Shown here piece by piece: positions 41,702 through 46,803 of a DNA stretch of 64,000 nucleotides; within the stretch, counting starts at the first letter, position 1, and each line of letters starts with the position of its first letter. The notes under the pieces were generated by a model. It was not told the DNA's origin and made no database searches. It saw nothing but the letters and a program-made list of their open reading frames with translations. The translations under genes and the position numbers were made by a program. Source of the DNA: a virus; IMG/VR virus record IMGVR_UViG_3300021083_000196, positions 3,377 through 67,376 of that record; one strand, written 5' to 3'.

Positions 41702-41777
41702 GAGGCTGTCGACAAGAGGTAAAGTCAGCAGATTTTCATTCTGCGATTCGTGGGTTCAAATCCCATCAGCCTCACCA
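41702..41777 (+). tRNA. tRNA-Glu(TTC)
   Basis: GAGGCTG/CAGCCTC, GCAGA-TT TTC AT-TCTGC, CCA. Confidence 0.92.
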
Positions 41778-41793
41778 CTGGAGAAAGAACGAG

Positions 41794-41847
41794 ATGTTAC
41801 GAGAGACAAACAAGATTGTGGCGAAAGCGATTAAACCCATCAAATAG
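41794..41847 (+). CDS. attenuator leader peptide 1 (MLRETNKIVAKAIKPIK)
   Basis: GGAG SD at 41780; 10 of the last 11 codons are K/I/V/A, matching the next four tRNAs. Confidence 0.75.
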   Translation: MLRETNKIVAKAIKPIK

Positions 41848-41900
41848 GGCTGGTCAAATTCGTCTTGAATTATAACCCGCCCTCAACAGGCGGGTTTTTT
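41846..41900 (+). terminator. antiterminator/intrinsic terminator 1
   Basis: AACCCGCC-ctcaaca-GGCGGGTT plus T-run; upstream AGGGCtGGT can pair with ACCcGCCCT. Confidence 0.85.
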
Positions 41901-41923
41901 ATTACGTGGAGGAAACAGATTAT

Positions 41924-41997
41924 TGACGATTGGCCGAGGGGTTAGGCATACGCTTGATAAGCGTACTACAGTGGTTCAAGTCCACTATCGTCAACCA
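41924..41997 (+). tRNA. tRNA-Ile(GAT)
   Basis: TACGC-TT GAT AA-GCGTA; CCA. Confidence 0.92.
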
Positions 41998-42003
41998 AAA
42001 TAA

Positions 42004-42076
42004 TGGTGCGGAGTCGGATGGTTAGACAGCAGATTTTTAATCTGTACCAAAGTGGGTTCAATTCCCACCGCACCAA
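42004..42076 (+). tRNA. tRNA-Lys(TTT)
   Basis: TGGTGCG/CGCACCA, GCAGA-TT TTT AA-TCTGT; no encoded CCA. Confidence 0.88.
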
Positions 42077-42077
42077 C

Positions 42078-42156
42078 GGGGAATGGGACTGCTTAGGGTG
42101 GTCGCCTCACTTGCAATGAGGATCGCAGATCGGGGCAGAACCGATATTCTCCACCA
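42078..42156 (+). tRNA. tRNA-Ala(TGC)
   Basis: G3:U70 pair; CCTCA-CT TGC AA-TGAGG; T-loop GGCAGAA; CCA. Confidence 0.9.
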
Positions 42157-42162
42157 AATTAT

Positions 42163-42237
42163 AGGGGGTTAGCTCAGAGGCAGAGCGTCCGGCTTACATC
42201 CGGAAGGACGAGATTTCGAAATTCTCACTCTCTACCA
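42163..42237 (+). tRNA. tRNA-Val(TAC)
   Basis: TCCGG-CT TAC AT-CCGGA; CCA. Confidence 0.92.
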
Positions 42238-42238
42238 T

Positions 42239-42268
42239 TTGACATCAGGACCCGAATCGTGTCATCGT
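42239..42268 (+). promoter_or_regulatory. promoter for leader 2 (predicted leaderless mRNA)
   Basis: TTGACA-18nt-(TGn)CATCGT-6nt-ATG; no SD. Confidence 0.5.
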
Positions 42269-42274
42269 TATAAG

Positions 42275-42352
42275 ATGAAAACGATATCAACATCGATGTA
42301 TTCCAGTGATCGCACCTTCAATAGAGGTTGCGGCGCGGGGCATTTGGTGTAA
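42275..42352 (+). CDS. attenuator leader peptide 2 (MKTISTSMYSSDRTFNRGCGAGHLV)
   Basis: Codons 3-20 correspond to the downstream 12-tRNA array. Confidence 0.8.
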   Translation: MKTISTSMYSSDRTFNRGCGAGHLV

Positions 42353-42414
42353 GTTTTCTTAGATTTTTATACATCAAAACCCCACCCAAAGTGATTTAGG
42401 TGGGGTTTTTGTTT
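42337..42414 (+). terminator. antiterminator/intrinsic terminator 2
   Basis: AAAACCCCACC...GGTGGGGTTTTT; leader end GGGGcaTTTGGTGTA pairs with TACATCAAAaCCCC. Confidence 0.85.
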
Positions 42415-42451
42415 ATACGGTTATTGAACATTGTTGAGATATGATGATTTT

Positions 42452-42528
42452 TTCCGAGTAGCACAGACGGTAGTTGCGCCTGACTGTTAATCAGGATGTC
42501 CGTGGTTCGATTCCACGCTCGGGAACCA
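42452..42528 (+). tRNA. tRNA-Asn(GTT)
   Basis: CCTGA-CT GTT AA-TCAGG; CCA. Confidence 0.92.
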
Positions 42529-42532
42529 ATTC

Positions 42533-42608
42533 GTCTCTCTGGCGTAGCTGGTGCGCGCGTCTGTCTGAAGAACAGAAGGATGCCGTTCGATTCGGCGGGG
42601 AGACACCA
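42533..42608 (+). tRNA. tRNA-Phe(GAA)
   Basis: TCTGT-CT GAA GA-ACAGA; CCA. Confidence 0.9.
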
Positions 42609-42613
42609 AATAC

Positions 42614-42688
42614 GCGCTGGAGATGTTGGCGGGTGCATGCGAGTCTTCCAAACTTGATGATGGGGTTCGACTCCCCACCGGCGCACCA
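42614..42688 (+). tRNA. tRNA-Gly(TCC)
   Basis: CGAGT-CT TCC AA-ACTTG; CCA. Confidence 0.9.
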
Positions 42689-42694
42689 AATTGA

Positions 42695-42770
42695 CGCAGC
42701 ATAGCTTAGTGGCTAAAGCTCGTTCCTCATAAGAACGCTATCATGGGTTCGAGTCCCATTGCTGCTACCA
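42695..42770 (+). tRNA. tRNA(CAT): Ile2 or Met
   Basis: CGTTC-CT CAT AA-GAACG; C1/U72 mismatch; identity not resolvable by eye. Confidence 0.85.
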
Positions 42771-42774
42771 CTTC

Positions 42775-42849
42775 GCCTCTAAAGCATTGTTAGTGATGCA
42801 GTTGCCTTGTAAGCATCAGAAGTCGGCGCAACTCCGGCATGAGGCACCA
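42775..42849 (+). tRNA. tRNA-Thr(TGT)
   Basis: CT TGT AA loop; T-loop CGCAACT; CCA. Confidence 0.85.
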
Positions 42850-42855
42850 ATTCAT

Positions 42856-42930
42856 GGACACATAGCTCAACGGTAGAGCACCGCACTGTCACTGCGGAGG
42901 TCGTGGGGTCAGCACCCATTGTGTTCGCCA
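42856..42930 (+). tRNA. tRNA-Asp(GTC)
   Basis: CCGCA-CT GTC AC-TGCGG; G73; CCA. Confidence 0.9.
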
Positions 42931-42994
42931 ATTATGTGTGGATATGAACATTTTTTATTAGGTTCATATCCACATTTGTGTTACTTTCTTTTCT

Positions 42995-43429
42995 ATGAAA
43001 AAATGCATTAAATGTGAAAAAATAAAACAGTTAGATTCCTTTTATAAAAGAAATGACAGAAAAGATCGTTATTCTTCGTCATGTATTGAGTGCCAAAGAA
43101 AATATCTAAAAGAGCACTATCACAAAAATATCAAATATTATAAGGCGAAAGCCAGAAAAAATGATATTAACGCAATAGAACAAAGATTCCATTTTTTAGT
43201 GGATTATTTAAAAAATAACCCATGTGTTGACTGTGGAGAAGGCGACATTGTAGTCCTTCAGTTTGATCACGTTCGAGGAAAGAAATTTCGCAACATTTCT
43301 ATGATGCTACACAGAAAAATGTCATGGGAAAAAATACTTTTAGAAATAAAAAAGTGTGAGGTTAGGTGTTCAAATTGCCATGTTAGAAAAACGGCAAGGC
43401 AATTTAATTGGAAAAAATTGCATGTATAG
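42995..43429 (+). CDS. HNH endonuclease inserted in tRNA array 2
   Basis: CIKC...PCVDCGE.D...LQFDHVRG...KCEVRCSNCH. Confidence 0.88.
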   Translation: MKKCIKCEKIKQLDSFYKRNDRKDRYSSSCIECQRKYLKEHYHKNIKYYKAKARKNDINAIEQRFHFLVDYLKNNPCVDCGEGDIVVLQFDHVRGKKFRNISMMLHRKMSWEKILLEIKKCEVRCSNCHVRKTARQFNWKKLHV

Positions 43430-43496
43430 CTCAATGGAGTAGAGCACCAAGCTACGAACTTGGGGGTTAAGGGTTCGAGTCCTTTTACATGCGCCA
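43420..43496 (+). tRNA. tRNA-Arg(ACG)
   Basis: CCAAG-CT ACG AA-CTTGG; CCA. Confidence 0.92.
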
Positions 43497-43501
43497 ATTT
43501 T

Positions 43502-43575
43502 CTCGTAGTGACGGAATGGTTACGTGACGGTCTGCAAAACCGTTTATGGCAGTTCGATTCTGCCCTATGAGTCCA
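43502..43575 (+). tRNA. tRNA-Cys(GCA)
   Basis: ACGGT-CT GCA AA-ACCGT; U73; CCA. Confidence 0.92.
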
Positions 43576-43576
43576 C

Positions 43577-43668
43577 GGAAAGTTTAGTGCAGCGGCCTGC
43601 ACCCCGATCTTGAAAATCGGTGATAGTCAGCGATGGCTATGGGGATCGACACCACCAGCTTTCCTCCA
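43577..43668 (+). tRNA. tRNA-Ser(TGA)
   Basis: CCGAT-CT TGA AA-ATCGG; long variable arm; CCA. Confidence 0.85.
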
Positions 43669-43675
43669 ATTCTTC

Positions 43676-43764
43676 GGTGAGTTAACTTGGCAAGTGCCAA
43701 GCACGGTTTGCTAAACCGTTGGTGCCTTTACCGGCATGTGGATCAGGACCACATCTCTCCGCCA
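43676..43764 (+). tRNA. tRNA-Ser(GCT)
   Basis: ACGGT-TT GCT AA-ACCGT; long variable arm; G73; CCA. Confidence 0.85.
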
Positions 43765-43765
43765 T

Positions 43766-43842
43766 CGGTGTCGGCACAGGTTGGATTCTGGTCTCGACTG
43801 TAAATCGACGTAAATGTGGTTCGACTCCACAGGCACCGACCA
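43766..43842 (+). tRNA. tRNA-Tyr(GTA)
   Basis: TCGA-CT GTA AA-TCGA; C1:G72; short variable loop; CCA. Confidence 0.85.
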
Positions 43843-43849
43843 ATTTTAT

Positions 43850-43929
43850 AGGCATGTATCTCCTTTGTCTTCTAAACAAGTGAAAGAGTAATTGGACTCA
43901 TGTAGGTTCGAATCCTATCATGCCTGCCA
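43850..43929 (+). tRNA. atypical tRNA-Arg(TCT) lacking a canonical D-arm
   Basis: AGGCATG/CATGCCT-G-CCA, TTTGT-CT TCT AA-ACAAG, GTAGG-TTCGAAT-CCTAT; only 7 nt between acceptor and anticodon stems. Confidence 0.75.
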
Positions 43930-44037
43930 AAATATCCATTGCATTCTCTGGAGAACATCCGTTAGAGTCTTTTCTTGGGCATGTGCTCATGAGGAAACAA
44001 AATGTCAATCAGAAAAATCATAAGAGGAATCATCATA

Positions 44038-44253
44038 ATGTCAGATATCGCAGACAATGTTATCGCACTCCAAGGCGCAGTAAACTCGCTTACAACAGAA
44101 ATCGCTTCACTCACGGCAGCCGTTGGTGCTCTCCAAGCTCCTGCAGCTCCTACCGTAGACCTTTCTCCCGTGCTTGCGGCTATTGCTGACATCAAGGCTC
44201 AACTCGTTCCGACACCTGCTCCGGCAGCACCGGCGACGACTACAGGCTCATAA
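44038..44253 (+). CDS. small Ala-rich coiled-coil protein
   Basis: MSDIADNV after GAGGA; followed by a terminator. Confidence 0.7.
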   Translation: MSDIADNVIALQGAVNSLTTEIASLTAAVGALQAPAAPTVDLSPVLAAIADIKAQLVPTPAPAAPATTTGS

Positions 44254-44280
44254 CTTTATAAAAGCTATGATATATTAAAA

Positions 44281-44312
44281 AAAGCTGGGGGATAACACCC
44301 TCAGCTTTTTTT
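44281..44312 (+). terminator. intrinsic terminator
   Basis: AAAGCTGGGGG-ataacac-CCTCAGCTTT plus T-run. Confidence 0.8.
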
Positions 44313-44313
44313 G

Positions 44314-44342
44314 TTGCTTTAAAAACAGAATCATCATATCGT
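44314..44342 (+). promoter_or_regulatory. promoter for leader 3 (predicted leaderless mRNA)
   Basis: TTGCTT-17nt-TATCGT-6nt-ATG; no SD. Confidence 0.55.
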
Positions 44343-44348
44343 AGAACA

Positions 44349-44423
44349 ATGAAAACGAATTTGTTACAGCTCTGGCATCAACCGCTCCCACAACTGGGAG
44401 TTTTTGTGCTTGGGCGAATGTAG
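44349..44423 (+). CDS. attenuator leader peptide 3 (MKTNLLQLWHQPLPQLGVFVLGRM)
   Basis: Codons 5-16 are exclusively L/Q/W/H/P, matching the next six tRNAs. Confidence 0.8.
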   Translation: MKTNLLQLWHQPLPQLGVFVLGRM

Positions 44424-44475
44424 GCAATAACTCATAAAGTTATTAACCAACCCGCCCTAACAAGGCGGGTTTTTT
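44412..44475 (+). terminator. antiterminator/intrinsic terminator 3
   Basis: AACCCGCC-ctaacaa-GGCGGGTT plus T-run; GGGCG in the leader pairs with CGCCC around the AATAACT/AGTTATT stem. Confidence 0.85.
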
Positions 44476-44496
44476 GTTATTGAAGGAGAAATTAAA

Positions 44497-44579
44497 GGGG
44501 ATGTGATGAAATTGGTAGACTTCCCTGACTTAAAATCAGGGGCTTCGGCGTGTGAGTTCAAGTCTCACCATCCCCACCA
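44497..44579 (+). tRNA. tRNA-Leu(TAA)
   Basis: CCTGA-CT TAA AA-TCAGG; CCA. Confidence 0.92.
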
Positions 44580-44581
44580 AT

Positions 44582-44659
44582 GCCGGTGTAGCAGAATGGC
44601 AAATGCGGCGGTCTTAGGAACCGCGTCATCTGGAGGTTCGAGTCCTCTCACCGGCACCA
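44582..44659 (+). tRNA. tRNA-Leu(TAG)
   Basis: GCGGT-CT TAG GA-ACCGC; short variable region; CCA. Confidence 0.9.
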
Positions 44660-44665
44660 AATTAA

Positions 44666-44742
44666 CGGCATGTAGCGAAGTCTGGTATCGCGCTCCCCTT
44701 GGGAGGGAGAGATCGAAGGTTCAAATCCTTCTATGCCGACCA
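44666..44742 (+). tRNA. tRNA-Pro(TGG)
   Basis: CTCCC-CT TGG GA-GGGAG; C1:G72; CCA. Confidence 0.92.
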
Positions 44743-44746
44743 TTTT

Positions 44747-44820
44747 ACAGGGATCGTCTAGTGGCAAGACAAGGGCCTCCAAAACCTTTGACCGGTGTTC
44801 GATTCATCGTCCCTGTGCCA
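44747..44820 (+). tRNA. tRNA-Trp(CCA)
   Basis: CT CCA AA loop; G73; CCA. Confidence 0.88.
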
Positions 44821-44826
44821 GTCTGT

Positions 44827-44901
44827 GGTGTGTATAGCTCAAGGGTCGAGCGCGGGATTGTGGCTCCTGATATACGGGTTCGAGTCCCGTTACGCACCCC
44901 A
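44827..44901 (+). tRNA. tRNA-His(GTG)
   Basis: CGGGA-TT GTG GC-TCCTG; encoded G-1 and C73. Confidence 0.92.
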
Positions 44902-44904
44902 TAT

Positions 44905-44980
44905 TCCGAGGTCGTCTAAATGGCAAGGACATGTGATTTTGGCTCATATAATGTTGGTTCGAACCCAGCCCTCGGAACCA
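44905..44980 (+). tRNA. tRNA-Gln(TTG)
   Basis: TGTGA-TT TTG GC-TCATA; U1:A72; CCA. Confidence 0.9.
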
Positions 44981-45057
44981 CCCTTTACTTTGATAGAAAA
45001 ATGCTGTTAGATTTCTGAGCCGCAATGTCGCGGCTTCTCTGAAAGGAAATCTAAAAT

Positions 45058-45471
45058 ATGTCTAACCAACTTTTCGAAAAAGCTTCACCACTCTTTGCTG
45101 CTCCGGTTCCTGCGCTGCCGACCCTGATGCAAGCGCAAGTCGATATGCTCACCAATCTCGTTGCAAAGTTCTCTGGCCTTGACCTGACCAAAGCGACCAC
45201 CACCGCGCTGGCTATCATCATCGGCGGCCAACAACCGAACACCGCGATTGCTGCAGCATCTGTTCTCGTCAAAGCACAGGCTAAAGAACAGGGCGTAGAG
45301 ATCGAAGATCAAGATGCTAACGTCATTGCTCAGGCGGTGACCAACGGCGTTCTGGCATCGATCCAGCTCTCGATTACGGCACAGGTGGCAGCCAGTCCAG
45401 CCGCTAATCAAGGAGGCGTTGAAGCAGGTGCGACAGCTCCCGCCGCATCAGCAGAAGCAGGCACTAACTAA
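45058..45471 (+). CDS. Ala-rich hypothetical protein
   Basis: 137 aa; GAAAGGA SD. Confidence 0.7.
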   Translation: MSNQLFEKASPLFAAPVPALPTLMQAQVDMLTNLVAKFSGLDLTKATTTALAIIIGGQQPNTAIAAASVLVKAQAKEQGVEIEDQDANVIAQAVTNGVLASIQLSITAQVAASPAANQGGVEAGATAPAASAEAGTN

Positions 45472-45513
45472 TATCCAAAATCAGGTCCTTAATATTAAAA
45501 AGGCCTGACTGAT

Positions 45514-45544
45514 ACGGCAGCTCCTTAGATGGGGCTGCCGTTTT
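45514..45544 (+). terminator. intrinsic terminator
   Basis: CGGCAGCTCC-ttagat-GGGGCTGCCG-TTTT. Confidence 0.75.
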
Positions 45545-45619
45545 CATTGCGGGTTCCCAGATTTTGCAATACAATTAAGATATTCTCTAATTGTAGAGGG
45601 CAACTGAAAGGAAACTAAA

Positions 45620-45874
45620 ATGAGCACATTTATCGCAACTGCAGAAAAGGTGGCCTCCGAGGCCGAACACTTCACCGTTGAACTCGCTGAAAAGGTCGAG
45701 GCTGTGGCCAAGAAGGGTTACGAAGAAGTTGTGGCCCTTATCGAAGGTCACAAGGCGGCTGTAGCGGGAAACGCGCCTGCTGCTCCTGTGGCTGCTGCTG
45801 CGGCCTCTGGAGCTGTCGAGGCTGCTCCTGCTGCCGCCCCGACTGCTGAAGCTGCTACAACAACGACTGCTTAA
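45620..45874 (+). CDS. Ala/Glu-rich hypothetical protein
   Basis: 84 aa; GAAAGGA SD. Confidence 0.7.
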   Translation: MSTFIATAEKVASEAEHFTVELAEKVEAVAKKGYEEVVALIEGHKAAVAGNAPAAPVAAAAASGAVEAAPAAAPTAEAATTTTA

Positions 45875-45877
45875 AAG

Positions 45878-46066
45878 ATGACGGCGCGGGAACGACTATT
45901 CTTCATGATCTGGGGTCTAGTAATGTTCCCGCTCCTCATTCTATGGGTGGCCGTCGATTTCAAAATGGGTGCCGAGGTTGTTATCGCCCTGTTGACTTAC
46001 ATGGGCGGCGTGAAATTTCTTTTAACAAAAGATGCGGATTGCCAAGGAGCACACGATGGGAATTAA
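45878..46066 (+). CDS. two-TM membrane protein (holin candidate)
   Basis: Two hydrophobic helices; precedes the spanin pair. Confidence 0.5.
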   Translation: MTARERLFFMIWGLVMFPLLILWVAVDFKMGAEVVIALLTYMGGVKFLLTKDADCQGAHDGN

Positions 46067-46280
46067 ATTTTATTGTATTATCGGACTGATCGCGATTGCG
46101 CTGGTCCTCGGATATTACTTCCGCCACGACATCATCAAGGCTGAGGATGATAAGGTCACCGTGCAGACTCAAGCGACTGTTTTGAAAATCGAGGAGAAGA
46201 AAAGTGAAATACGCAATACCCCTGTTTCTGATAAGCGTACTGCTAACCGCCTGCTCAACGGGACCTTCTTCAATCACTAA
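46056..46280 (+). CDS. Rz-like inner-membrane spanin (putative)
   Basis: N-terminal TM plus helical domain; overlapped by a lipoprotein ORF. Confidence 0.55.
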   Translation: MGIKFYCIIGLIAIALVLGYYFRHDIIKAEDDKVTVQTQATVLKIEEKKSEIRNTPVSDKRTANRLLNGTFFNH

Positions 46281-46437
46281 AGAAGATTTCTCGGATGCCG
46301 CGCCGGATGTCATGTCGATGCCGGTGGCTCAACAAAAGGCTGCCGGTCAAGAGATGTTGAAAGGGCAATGCCCTAACCTCAATGCCGTGGCCAACCTTTG
46401 TCTGGTGACTTTAGACGAAGCACGTGCAGAGAAATAA
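46204..46437 (+). CDS. Rz1-like outer-membrane lipoprotein spanin (putative)
   Basis: Lipobox LLTAC; overlaps the 3' end of the Rz-like gene in another frame. Confidence 0.6.
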   Translation: MKYAIPLFLISVLLTACSTGPSSITKEDFSDAAPDVMSMPVAQQKAAGQEMLKGQCPNLNAVANLCLVTLDEARAEK

Positions 46438-46803
46438 AGCCGTACCGTAAAGCGCACCGGACAGGTATTCGCAGGTCGATGCCGTCCAGCTTTTATTCGC
46501 GTAGGCCAGCGGCAACAGCGCGGCCCCGAGCGGCGGGAACGTGATCAGACCCTTCAACCATAGCGGATGGTTATCAAACCCCATATTGGTGCCCGCAAAG
46601 GCCAGCCAGAAGGCAGTAAAGGCGCATCCTGAATCGATATAGATGTTTGTCGAGACCATGCCGTGCGCGGCCATGTAGGCGACGGCGGCAAAGGGAATGG
46701 CGCATAGGACGTTCCTGACTTGGCGGTTGATCCCCGTTGCGAGTTCTCCGCCATGTATGGCATAAGCTGCTGCACAGTACGGGATAAGAAGTAACCAGAT
46801 CAT
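46411..46803 (-). CDS. multi-TM membrane protein
   Basis: Several hydrophobic segments. Confidence 0.6.
   Translation of the reverse strand: MIWLLLIPYCAAAYAIHGGELATGINRQVRNVLCAIPFAAVAYMAAHGMVSTNIYIDSGCAFTAFWLAFAGTNMGFDNHPLWLKGLITFPPLGAALLPLAYANKSWTASTCEYLSGALYGTALFLCTCFV

Noticed and set aside
41905-41925. SD-like GGAGG/AAGGAG just after terminators 1 and 3
   Set aside because: No credible ORF follows, only tRNA sequence, so a function cannot be supported.
41780-44475. T-box riboswitches as the explanation for the terminators
   Set aside because: There is no T-box consensus or room for Stem I; open, codon-biased leader ORFs explain the pattern better.
41600-44980. Suppressor tRNA or stop-codon recoding
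   Set aside because: TAA, TAG and TGA here are anticodons (Leu, Leu, Ser). No CTA, TTA or TCA anticodon was found, and core genes are intact in the standard code.
42396-45025. ORF-track entries overlapping tRNAs (e.g. 42396-42689, 42474-42704, 44503-44919, 44804-45025)
   Set aside because: They are shadow translations of clear cloverleaf sequences.
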